Assembly: GCA_021824855.1 (NCBI GenBank)
Contig: JAKAJX010000129.1
Span: forward strand, 1 to 33,709
DNA: 33,709 nucleotides
Reading direction: 5' to 3'
DNA from: Bacteroidota bacterium
GTDB taxonomy: Bacteria; Bacteroidota; Bacteroidia; Chitinophagales; Chitinophagaceae
Shown: positions 26,146-33,709 of the stretch, in pieces
How positions within the stretch are numbered: the first letter of the stretch is position 1
Layout: the number at the start of each line of letters is the position of its first letter
The notes under the pieces: model-generated
Told to the model about the DNA's origin: nothing
Databases searched by the model: none
What the model saw: only the letters and a program-made list of their open reading frames with translations
Made by a program: the position numbers and the translations under genes

Positions 26146-26258
26146 AAGAAATTAACAGCCGGAGAACACCCACATAATTTCGATACTGGATGTAAACCCC
26201 GACTTGCCATCCAACATCCTTAGAAACTTCCGTATTGTTAACTGTTAAATTTCTTTTT
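26146..26258 (+). ncRNA. candidate structured RNA (sRNA or cis-regulatory leader), family not recognised
   Basis: 13-bp closing helix aagaaattaacag (26146..26158) with ctgttaaatttctt (26242..26255, one bulged A), followed by a T-run to 26258. Inner helices: cggag/ttccg (26160..26164 with 26228..26232) and tggatg/catcca (26187..26192 with 26208..26213). The last has an alternative register, ggatgt/acatcc (26214..26219). Confidence 0.35.
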
Positions 26259-26372
26259 ATGCAAAAAACTCAACCACATTTTAATGAAGGATTAAGAGAC
26301 ACTCTTATTGTATTGGCTCTATTAAGCATTATAGTAGTTGTGTCTTACTTATCTTGGACAGGTAAAATATAA
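26259..26372 (+). CDS. 37-aa single-TM mini-protein, hypothetical (below ORF-track cutoff)
   Basis: ATG 26259 to TAA 26370..26372: MQKTQPHFNEGLRDTLIVLALLSIIVVVSYLSWTGKI. Polar N-terminus plus one hydrophobic helix. It starts immediately after the T-run of the upstream RNA structure. Confidence 0.3.
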   Translation: MQKTQPHFNEGLRDTLIVLALLSIIVVVSYLSWTGKI

Positions 26373-26465
26373 GGCATAGCCAATAGTTCCTTCGTTATAC
26401 ACTTACACAATTAGTAATTGTGTAGGGTGCTAAATTTTACTGTAAAGTAACCATTACTATTTCCT

Positions 26466-26473
26466 TACTTTTG
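26466..26473 (+). promoter_or_regulatory. -7 promoter box (TACTTTTG) for valS
   Basis: TAnnTTTG match with 22 nt before the ATG at 26496. Confidence 0.45.
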
Positions 26474-26495
26474 CAACCATAATTGGCTGAAAAGT

Positions 26496-29162
26496 ATGGA
26501 ACTAAGTAAGAATTATTTACCGTTAGAAATTGAGCAAAAGTGGTACGAGTATTGGCTTCAAAAAAAGTATTTTAACAGTACTCCCGATAATAGAGAAGCA
26601 TATACTATTGTTATTCCTCCGCCAAATGTAACCGGTGTATTACACATGGGGCATTGCCTAAATAATACCATTCAAGATATTTTAATTCGCCGAGCAAGAA
26701 TACAAGGAAAAAATGCTTGTTGGGTTCCCGGAACAGATCATGCCTCTATTGCCACCGAAGCAAAAGTAGTTGCCATGCTCCGAGAAAAAGGTATTGCAAA
26801 GTCTACCTTAACCAGAGAAGAATTTTTACAATATGCATGGGAATGGAAAGAAAAATATGGCGGTATTATTTTACAGCAACTAAAAAAATTAGGTTGCAGT
26901 TTAGATTGGAGTAGAACATCCTTTACAATGGATGAAGATTATTACCAAAGTGTTATAAAAATATTTATTGACCTCTATAATAAAGGAATTATTTATCGCG
27001 GACTTAGAATGGTAAATTGGGATCCGGTTGGTAAAACTGCTTTAAGCGACGAAGAAGTTATTTTTAAAGAAATTGATTCCAAACTTTATTACATAAAATA
27101 TCCATTTTCTAATAACACCAATCATTTTATAACCATTGCCACAACAAGGCCAGAAACAATTTTAGGCGATGTTGCTATTTGTGTAAATCCTACCGATACA
27201 CGCTATGCATCATGGATTGGTGAAGAAGTAATTGTTCCAATCATCAATAGAAAAATACCCATCATTGCAGATGAATATGTTGATGCAACATTTGGAACGG
27301 GTGCCTTAAAAATTACGCCTGCACACGATAAAAATGATAATGAACTCGGCAAAAAACACCATCTGAAAGCATTGAATACATTAGATGCTGAGGGAAGATT
27401 TACGGCTATTGATCTGATGGAAGAAAACCCATCTGAATTAGTTCTTTCTTATAATGGTGTTGATAGATTTGATTTAAGAAAAATAATTGTTGAAGATATT
27501 GCTAAATTAAACCAACTTGAGAAAATTGAAGAATATAAAGGCACTATTGGAACCAGTGAAAGAACGGGTGCAGTAATTGAAAACAGATTGAGTTTACAGT
27601 GGTTTATGAACATGAAAGAATTTCTCAATAGAAATCCTGAAACACTTTCTGCAGTAATGAATGATTCCATTCAATTTCATCCCGAAAAAACAAAAAACAC
27701 TTACAAACACTGGTTAAATAATATTAAAGATTGGTGCATTTCTCGGCAATTATGGTGGGGACAAAGAATTCCTGCATGGTATATTGAAAGCGGTGAATTT
27801 GTTGTAGCCAAAAATAAAGCAGATGCAATAGTTGCTTTTAAAGAAAAATATAATTATTCCATTACACAAGATGCAATTCAACAAGATGAAGATGTACTCG
27901 ATACTTGGTTCTCTTCATGGCTATGGCCTATTGAAGTTTTCAAAGGCATTAGTAATCCGGGTAATAAAGAAATTGAATACTACTATCCTACTACAACATT
28001 AGTAACCGGACAAGATATTATTTTCTTTTGGGTTGCCAGAATGATTATGGCAGGTTATGAGTTTAAAAATCAGCTACCTTTTAAAGATGTTTATTTTACA
28101 GGAATGGTAAGAGATAAACAAGGTAGAAAAATGAGTAAACAATTAGGCAACTCACCCGATTTATTAGCGTTGATTGATAAGTACGGAGCAGATGCTGTTC
28201 GTTTTGGTATCATGTTCTCTTCTCCTGCAGGAAATGATTTAATGTTTGATGAATCTTCATTAGAACAGGGAAGAAATTTCAACAATAAATTATGGAATGC
28301 TTTGAAGTTGATTAAAATGTGGGAAGGAAGACAACAGAATTTAGTTGCTGAAAAACAAACAACAGAAAACTTTGCAACTGATTGGTTCGAAAACAGATTG
28401 AACGAAGTTAAAAATGAAGTAGAGGGATTATTGCAACAATTCCGTTTGAGTGAAGCATTAAAAGTAATTTATTCTTTGATTTGGGATGATTTCTGCAGTT
28501 GGTATTTGGAATGGATTAAACCTGGATTTGAGCAACCTATGCAATCGGTGGTTTACGAAAAAACGGTTTTGTATTTCGAAGAATTAATGCAATTATTGCA
28601 TCCGTTCATGCCATTTATTACAGAAGAAATTTTTCATCTGCTAAAACCTCAAACCGAAGACTTGTGCGTTAAGCAACAATACGCAACAGGTAAAGTACAG
28701 CCAACCATACTTTTACAAGGAAAACTTTTGCAACAAGTTATTTCTGCCATTCGTGATGCAAGAGTTAAAAATCAAATCAAACCAAAGGATCCAATTAAAT
28801 TGCATATTCAAACAGAAGAAAAAGAAGCATATCAAGCAATTGAAAATATCTTATCTAAACAAATCAATGCAGCCTCTATTATTTATACAACTGATATTGT
28901 AGCCAATTCAATTGTTGTTGCTGTTGAAAAAGATAAATTCTTTATTGAATCTGAAAAGGAAATTGATACTGCTTCGTTGAAAGAAGAATTATTAAAAGAC
29001 TTAGCTTATCAAAAAGGATTTTTAGAATCGGTGATGAAAAAATTAGGCAACGAACGATTTATTCAAAATGCAAAACCAGAAATTATTGCAATTGAACAAA
29101 AAAAGAAATCGGATGCGGAAGCCAGAATAAAAGCCATTGAAGAAAGTTTATCTGCACTATAA
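26496..29162 (+). CDS. valS: valine--tRNA ligase
   Basis: HIGH motif PPPNVTGVLHMGH, KMSKS motif KMSKQLGN, CP1 editing domain (TTRPETILGDVAICVNP) and a C-terminal coiled coil. Confidence 0.97.
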   Translation: MELSKNYLPLEIEQKWYEYWLQKKYFNSTPDNREAYTIVIPPPNVTGVLHMGHCLNNTIQDILIRRARIQGKNACWVPGTDHASIATEAKVVAMLREKGIAKSTLTREEFLQYAWEWKEKYGGIILQQLKKLGCSLDWSRTSFTMDEDYYQSVIKIFIDLYNKGIIYRGLRMVNWDPVGKTALSDEEVIFKEIDSKLYYIKYPFSNNTNHFITIATTRPETILGDVAICVNPTDTRYASWIGEEVIVPIINRKIPIIADEYVDATFGTGALKITPAHDKNDNELGKKHHLKALNTLDAEGRFTAIDLMEENPSELVLSYNGVDRFDLRKIIVEDIAKLNQLEKIEEYKGTIGTSERTGAVIENRLSLQWFMNMKEFLNRNPETLSAVMNDSIQFHPEKTKNTYKHWLNNIKDWCISRQLWWGQRIPAWYIESGEFVVAKNKADAIVAFKEKYNYSITQDAIQQDEDVLDTWFSSWLWPIEVFKGISNPGNKEIEYYYPTTTLVTGQDIIFFWVARMIMAGYEFKNQLPFKDVYFTGMVRDKQGRKMSKQLGNSPDLLALIDKYGADAVRFGIMFSSPAGNDLMFDESSLEQGRNFNNKLWNALKLIKMWEGRQQNLVAEKQTTENFATDWFENRLNEVKNEVEGLLQQFRLSEALKVIYSLIWDDFCSWYLEWIKPGFEQPMQSVVYEKTVLYFEELMQLLHPFMPFITEEIFHLLKPQTEDLCVKQQYATGKVQPTILLQGKLLQQVISAIRDARVKNQIKPKDPIKLHIQTEEKEAYQAIENILSKQINAASIIYTTDIVANSIVVAVEKDKFFIESEKEIDTASLKEELLKDLAYQKGFLESVMKKLGNERFIQNAKPEIIAIEQKKKSDAEARIKAIEESLSAL

Positions 29163-29171
29163 ATACTATAC

Positions 29172-29762
29172 ATGAAAAAAATATTTTTTATTTTCTTTAG
29201 TCTATTTCTTTCAACAAATCTATTTAGCCAAAATTGGGATATCAATATATTACATCAAATAAATACAAAATATCCTACTAATTCTGCTTTAAAAGCTATA
29301 TCGGCAACTGCCGAGCCATTAACAGTAGCCATTCCTTTCGGAATGGTTTCAGTTGCATTAATAACTAATAACAAAAAGTTAGAATTAAATGCATATAAGT
29401 TAATGGGTAGCATTTTTGTTACGGCGGCTATTACAGAAGGATTAAAGATTGCAATTAATAGAGCAAGACCTTATGAAACCTATCCCAATCTTATTTATCC
29501 TTATTCGTATGAAGCTGGAAAATCTTTTCCATCTGCACATACTTCCTTAGCATTTGCAACAGCTACTTCATTATTTATTAACAATAAAAAATGGTATATA
29601 GCTTTACCTGCTTACGGTTGGGCAACCAGTGTTGCATATTCTCGATTATATCTTGGCGAACATTATCCTACCGATGTAATTGCAGGTGCAATTGTAGGTG
29701 CAGGTAGTGCATGGCTAAGCGATTGGTTAACTAAAAAATATTTTACAAAACACAAAAAATAA
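29172..29762 (+). CDS. PAP2 superfamily phosphatase (membrane)
   Basis: The acid phosphatase signature is present: KIAINRARP, PSAHTS, SRLYLGEHYPTDV. Signal/TM N-terminus. Confidence 0.85.
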   Translation: MKKIFFIFFSLFLSTNLFSQNWDINILHQINTKYPTNSALKAISATAEPLTVAIPFGMVSVALITNNKKLELNAYKLMGSIFVTAAITEGLKIAINRARPYETYPNLIYPYSYEAGKSFPSAHTSLAFATATSLFINNKKWYIALPAYGWATSVAYSRLYLGEHYPTDVIAGAIVGAGSAWLSDWLTKKYFTKHKK

Positions 29763-30257
29763 ATGTCCCCCATTACTATTCGATTTGCCACCATTGAAGA
29801 TGTTTCCACCATTCAACAAATTGCATTTAGCACTTGGCCTGTAGCTTATAGTGCTATTCTTGCAAAAGAACAATTAGAATATATGCTGGAAATGTTTTAC
29901 AGCAAAGACTCGTTAATAAATCAATTACTTCACGAACATACTTTTTTATTAGCCATTAAAAATGATACTTGCATTGGATTTGCTTCTTTCAATTTAATTG
30001 ATAACCAAACATACAAACTTCAAAAACTGTATGTACTCCCTTCTACTCAAAAAACCGGAGCAGGAAAAATTTTATTAGAAGAAGTGTGTAAAATGGTAAA
30101 AAATCTTGGAGCCATAAAATTACAATTGAACGTTAATCGCCACAATGCTGCAATTGAATTTTATAAAAGAATGGGATTTGAAATAATTAAAGAAGATGAT
30201 ATTAATATTGGACGAAATTATTTTATGAACGACTATGTAATGGAGAAAAAAATATAA
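29763..30257 (+). CDS. GNAT family N-acetyltransferase
   Basis: 164 aa. Acetyl-CoA binding region LYVLPSTQKTGAGKILLEE and C-terminal AIEFYKRMGFE. The ATG directly abuts the PAP2 stop codon. Confidence 0.85.
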   Translation: MSPITIRFATIEDVSTIQQIAFSTWPVAYSAILAKEQLEYMLEMFYSKDSLINQLLHEHTFLLAIKNDTCIGFASFNLIDNQTYKLQKLYVLPSTQKTGAGKILLEEVCKMVKNLGAIKLQLNVNRHNAAIEFYKRMGFEIIKEDDINIGRNYFMNDYVMEKKI

Positions 30258-30266
30258 GTTTAATTA

Positions 30267-30767
30267 TTAGTATATCATAACATGTGTTTGTTTAACAATG
30301 CCCATTACAAATACACTTTGTACATGCCCAATATTTTCTGATTGGCTCAGTTTATTTACATGAAAATTATAATAAGCATCCATATTTTCTGAAATTACTT
30401 TTAGCATAAAATCAAATTCGCCCGAGATATTGTAACATTCAATAACTTCATTTAATTCATTCATGTGCTTAATAAATTTAGCCCCTGCACTTTTATCATG
30501 CTGCTTTAATGATACATAACAAATTACCATCAATCCTTTTTTAACCTTAGTGTGGTCAACCAATGCAGCATACTGTTTAATAATTCCTACACTTTCCATT
30601 CGTTTAATCCGCTCATGCACAGGCGTTGTGCTCAAATGCACTTTATTGGCAATTTCTTTTACTGTAATTTTTGCATTTTGTTGCAATAGCTTTAAAATTA
30701 AATGGTCTATCGAATCAATTGAAAAATCATTATTAGTTGTTTGTTCTGTTTTTAAAGTTTTTGGCAT
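30267..30767 (-). CDS. Lrp/AsnC family transcriptional regulator
   Basis: N-terminal HTH LDHLILKLLQQNAKITVKEIANKVHLSTTPVHERIKRME, followed by a RAM/AsnC_trans_reg domain. Confidence 0.88.
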   Translation of the reverse strand: MPKTLKTEQTTNNDFSIDSIDHLILKLLQQNAKITVKEIANKVHLSTTPVHERIKRMESVGIIKQYAALVDHTKVKKGLMVICYVSLKQHDKSAGAKFIKHMNELNEVIECYNISGEFDFMLKVISENMDAYYNFHVNKLSQSENIGHVQSVFVMGIVKQTHVMIY

Positions 30768-30807
30768 TCTAAAAATTGTTTTTGTTCTAAATAAAGTTGA
30801 TATTATA

Positions 30808-30815
30808 CAAATCTA
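30808..30815 (-). promoter_or_regulatory. -7 promoter box (TAGATTTG on the minus strand) for the Lrp/AsnC gene
   Basis: The plus strand reads caaatcta, whose reverse complement matches TAnnTTTG. 40 nt separate it from the start at 30767. It lies back-to-back with the ahcY promoter. Confidence 0.4.
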
Positions 30816-30857
30816 TTCTAAATTTATCATTTTATTTATGGCTTTATTCTATTGTTT

Positions 30858-30865
30858 TACTTTTG
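30858..30865 (+). promoter_or_regulatory. -7 promoter box (TACTTTTG) for ahcY
   Basis: TAnnTTTG match with 18 nt before the ATG at 30884. Confidence 0.45.
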
Positions 30866-30883
30866 CCCATAAAATAATGAATC

Positions 30884-32209
30884 ATGCATACAATTACTAA
30901 ATCAATTGATTTTAATCTTGCTTATAAAGTAGCTGATATAAGTTTAGCTGAATGGGGACGTAAAGAAATTCGTTTAGCCGAAGCCGAAATGCCCGGATTA
31001 ATGGCCATTCGTGCCGAATATGGTTCTACTCAACCTTTAAAAGGTGCCCGTATTGCCGGCTGTTTGCACATGACTATCCAAACAGCAGTATTAATTGAAA
31101 CTTTAACTGCATTAGGTGCAGAGGTAAAATGGAGTTCATGTAATATCTTTTCTACACAAGATCATGCTGCTGCTGCTATTGCCGCTGCCGGCATTCCGGT
31201 ATTTGCTTGGAAAGGTGAAACTTTAGAAGAAGCTGATTGGTGTATAGAACAAACCTTGTTTTTCGGAAGTGCAGAACGCCCATTAAACATGATTTTAGAT
31301 GATGGTGGCGATTTAACCAATATGGTATTTGATAAATATCCTGAGTTAATTGCCGGCATTAAAGGATTATCTGAAGAAACAACAACCGGCGTACATCGTT
31401 TATACGAAAGAATGGCTAAAGGAACTTTACCTATGCCTGCGATAAATGTAAACGATTCTGTAACTAAATCTAAATTCGATAACAAATATGGTTGTAAAGA
31501 AAGTTTAGTAGATGCTATCCGTCGTGCTACCGATGTGATGCTTGCCGGAAAAGTGGCTGTTGTAGCTGGTTATGGCGATGTTGGTAAAGGTTCAGCAGCC
31601 TCTTTAGCAGGAGCAGGTTGTCGTGTAATAGTAACAGAAATTGATCCTATTTGTGCTTTACAAGCTGCGATGGACGGATTTGCCGTTAAAAAAATGGAAA
31701 ATGCAATTAAAGAAGCTGATATAGTTGTAACTACAACAGGTTGTAGAGATATTATACGTGCAGAGCATTTTACAGCCATGAAAGATAAAACTATCGTTTG
31801 TAACATAGGTCATTTCGATATTGAAATTGATATTGCATGGTTGAATGAAAATTATGGTCATACAAAAGATACCATTAAACCTCAAGTAGATATTTATAAT
31901 GTAAATGGAAAAGATATTATAATATTAGCCGAAGGACGTTTAGTGAATTTAGGTTGTGCAACCGGCCATCCATCATTTGTAATGAGTAATTCTTTTTCAA
32001 ATCAAACTTTAGCTCAGATTGAATTATGGAATAATCATAAAAATTACGAAAATAAAGTGTATGTGTTACCTAAACATTTAGATGAAAAAGTAGCAAGATT
32101 ACATTTATCAAAAATTGGTGTTGAATTAGATGAACTTACCGATAATCAAGCAGCTTATTTAGGCATAGATAAAAATGGTCCGTTTAAGCCCGAACATTAC
32201 CGCTATTAA
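30884..32209 (+). CDS. ahcY: adenosylhomocysteinase
   Basis: [44 protein letters not shown], the NAD-binding [12 protein letters not shown] motif, and the C-terminal KPEHYRY. Confidence 0.96.
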   Translation: MHTITKSIDFNLAYKVADISLAEWGRKEIRLAEAEMPGLMAIRAEYGSTQPLKGARIAGCLHMTIQTAVLIETLTALGAEVKWSSCNIFSTQDHAAAAIAAAGIPVFAWKGETLEEADWCIEQTLFFGSAERPLNMILDDGGDLTNMVFDKYPELIAGIKGLSEETTTGVHRLYERMAKGTLPMPAINVNDSVTKSKFDNKYGCKESLVDAIRRATDVMLAGKVAVVAGYGDVGKGSAASLAGAGCRVIVTEIDPICALQAAMDGFAVKKMENAIKEADIVVTTTGCRDIIRAEHFTAMKDKTIVCNIGHFDIEIDIAWLNENYGHTKDTIKPQVDIYNVNGKDIIILAEGRLVNLGCATGHPSFVMSNSFSNQTLAQIELWNNHKNYENKVYVLPKHLDEKVARLHLSKIGVELDELTDNQAAYLGIDKNGPFKPEHYRY

Positions 32210-32228
32210 TTTCAATAGATAGATGTTT

Positions 32229-32274
32229 AAAAGTAATTATGGTAATTGAAATGATTATCATAATTACTTTTTTT
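32229..32274 (+). terminator. intrinsic terminator between convergent ahcY and sdaA (possibly bidirectional)
   Basis: 13-bp AT-rich stem aaaagtaattatg/cataattactttt with an inner 4-bp helix. A T-run (to 32274) follows on the plus strand. An A-run upstream gives a short T-run on the minus strand. Confidence 0.7.
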
Positions 32275-32302
32275 ATTTACCGAAAGTATTTCAAACTGCC
32301 AT

Positions 32303-33709
32303 CTAACATTCACTTAAACTAATAGGAATATTAACAGCCAAACCACCATCGGCAGTTTCTTTATATTTACTACTCATATCCAATGCCGTATCCCACATGG
32401 TTTTTATCACTTTATCTAAGCTCACTTTTGCAAAATCAGGCGTACTTTGTAATGCAAGTTGAGAAGCAGTAATGGCTTTAATAGCCCCCATTGTATTTCG
32501 CTCAATGCAGGGCACTTGAACTAATCCGCCAATGGGATCGCAGGTTAAACCCAAATGATGTTCCATTGCAATTTCAGCAGCCATTAAAGATTGCCTTTGT
32601 GTACCTCCCAAACTTTCTGTAAGTGCTGCAGCAGCCATAGCGCTACTTACTCCTATTTCTGCCTGGCAGCCACCCATTGCAGCAGAAATAGTTGCTCCTT
32701 TTTTAAAAATACTTCCAATTTCGGCGGCAGTTAATAAGAATTTAATAATCTTTTCTTGATCATTTCCATTGCAAAAAACTATAAAATATTGCAATACAGC
32801 CGGAATTACACCGGCAGCACCATTAGTAGGTGCAGTTACTACTCTTCCAAAACTTGCATTTTCCTCATTTACAGCCAACGCAAAACAACTTACCCAATTT
32901 AAAATGTATTGAAAACTATTTCCATTTTTTTGAATTGAGCTAATCCAATCATTATAATCGTTTACAATTGAATGTTGCAGTAAAAGTTTTTTATTTAAAG
33001 CAGCAGCTCTTCGTATTACATGTAAGCCTCCGGGTAATTCACCATTAGTATAACAGCCTCTGTAAATACAATCACGCATAGTTTCCCATATTTTCCAAAT
33101 ACCAAGTTTTGTTTCATTTTCTGTTCGCCATGTATTTTCATTTTCCATTACAATTTCACTAATATTCATTCCTGTTTTCATACACCAATGCAATAAATCA
33201 TCAGCGGTATTAATGGGAAATGGTAAATCAATTTGAATCGAATTTTTATGTAGCTGCTCTTCTTTTACTACAAAGCCTCCACCAATTGAATAATACGTTT
33301 CGCATATTTGCTGCTTATTTTTAAGCTGAAATAAAAAAGATAAACCGTTGGGATGATAAGGCAATGTTTCGGTATATAAAAATTGAATATGCGTAGCCGG
33401 ATTAAAATCTATTTGCAAGTTATTGCCAATGCTAATTTTTTTATGCAAATGAATAAAATCTATTTTCTTCGCAATGGTATTAATATCAATGGTAACAGGG
33501 TCTTCATTGCACAATCCCATCATTACAGCAATATCTGTTCCATGCCCTTTTCCTGTTTTAGCTAATGAGCCATATAATAAAACATGTATTGATTCTATTT
33601 CATCCTTTGAAAATGATGTTGCAATACTTTGTACTGCTTGTTTTGCAGCCAACCAAGGACCTAATGTATGTGAGCTGGATGGACCTATTCCAATTTTAAA
33701 AATATCAAA
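32303..33709 (-). CDS. sdaA: L-serine ammonia-lyase (iron-sulfur dependent, single-chain); extreme N-terminus beyond window edge
   Basis: The frame is open to base 33709 and reads [24 protein letters not shown]..., the canonical SdaA N-terminus lacking only a few residues. The track's M at 33652 is an internal Leu codon. The C-terminal alpha domain contains [14 protein letters not shown] and [19 protein letters not shown]. Confidence 0.93.
   Translation of the reverse strand, partial: FDIFKIGIGPSSSHTLGPWLAAKQAVQSIATSFSKDEIESIHVLLYGSLAKTGKGHGTDIAVMMGLCNEDPVTIDINTIAKKIDFIHLHKKISIGNNLQIDFNPATHIQFLYTETLPYHPNGLSFLFQLKNKQQICETYYSIGGGFVVKEEQLHKNSIQIDLPFPINTADDLLHWCMKTGMNISEIVMENENTWRTENETKLGIWKIWETMRDCIYRGCYTNGELPGGLHVIRRAAALNKKLLLQHSIVNDYNDWISSIQKNGNSFQYILNWVSCFALAVNEENASFGRVVTAPTNGAAGVIPAVLQYFIVFCNGNDQEKIIKFLLTAAEIGSIFKKGATISAAMGGCQAEIGVSSAMAAAALTESLGGTQRQSLMAAEIAMEHHLGLTCDPIGGLVQVPCIERNTMGAIKAITASQLALQSTPDFAKVSLDKVIKTMWDTALDMSSKYKETADGGLAVNIPISLSEC

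Noticed and set aside
26146-26258. Identity of the structured element as SRP (4.5S) RNA, 6S RNA, a T-box or a known riboswitch
   Set aside because: It has no GNRA-capped domain IV with AGCA/GGAA motifs, is too short for 6S, has no T-box or specifier features, and matches none of the riboswitch core consensuses I can recall. It is kept only as an unassigned candidate.
30550-30900. 116-aa plus-strand ORF
   Set aside because: It is antisense to the Lrp/AsnC gene and runs through the divergent promoter region. It is a shadow frame.
1-33709. Search for mobile elements, CRISPR arrays, defence or toxin-antitoxin modules, inteins or introns, and tRNA or rRNA genes
   Set aside because: None found. 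There are no inverted terminal repeats, transposase or integrase frames, or regularly spaced repeats. gyrA and valS are uninterrupted, and all longer gaps were read on both strands.

Overview
AT-rich, gene-dense chromosomal segment that reads as core genome of a Bacteroidota bacterium. Supporting signs: a T9SS C-terminal sorting domain, TAnnTTTG -7 promoter boxes in front of many genes, almost no Shine-Dalgarno sequences, a long-form Lgt, and a bacilliredoxin. I can support 28 protein-coding regions. Housekeeping genes: tsaD, lpxB, pcm, prfB, rpmI, rplT, lgt, gyrA, valS, ahcY, sdaA. Others: ABC permease, GH2 glycosidase, two PKD-repeat surface proteins, a fold-type III decarboxylase, Hsp20, a saccharopine-dehydrogenase-like enzyme, a TAT-exported Gfo/Idh/MocA oxidoreductase paired with a DUF1080 protein, a DnaQ-like exonuclease, a PAP2 phosphatase, a GNAT and an Lrp/AsnC regulator. 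There is also one RNA gene the ORF track hides: RNase P RNA at about 4389..4737. I also call several intrinsic terminators and -7 promoter boxes. I see no transposase, integrase, phage gene, CRISPR array, toxin-antitoxin pair or recognisable defence gene, and no convincing evidence for a novel multi-gene system, so this looks like an ordinary region. The parts the gene calls leave unexplained are small-scale. (1) A promoter-to-U-tract structured RNA of about 110 nt, plus a 37-codon membrane mini-ORF, in the 423-bp gap upstream of valS. (2) An orphan strong terminator and 11-mer repeats in the 412-bp gap upstream of the T9SS PKD gene. (3) An unusually long hairpin-containing rpmI leader with no infC upstream. 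(4) Repeat elements between hsp20 and the bacilliredoxin gene. (5) Several apparently leaderless genes. (6) The classical prfB +1 frameshift, which the ORF track misses. All calls come from reading the sequence and recalling family motifs; no searches were run.
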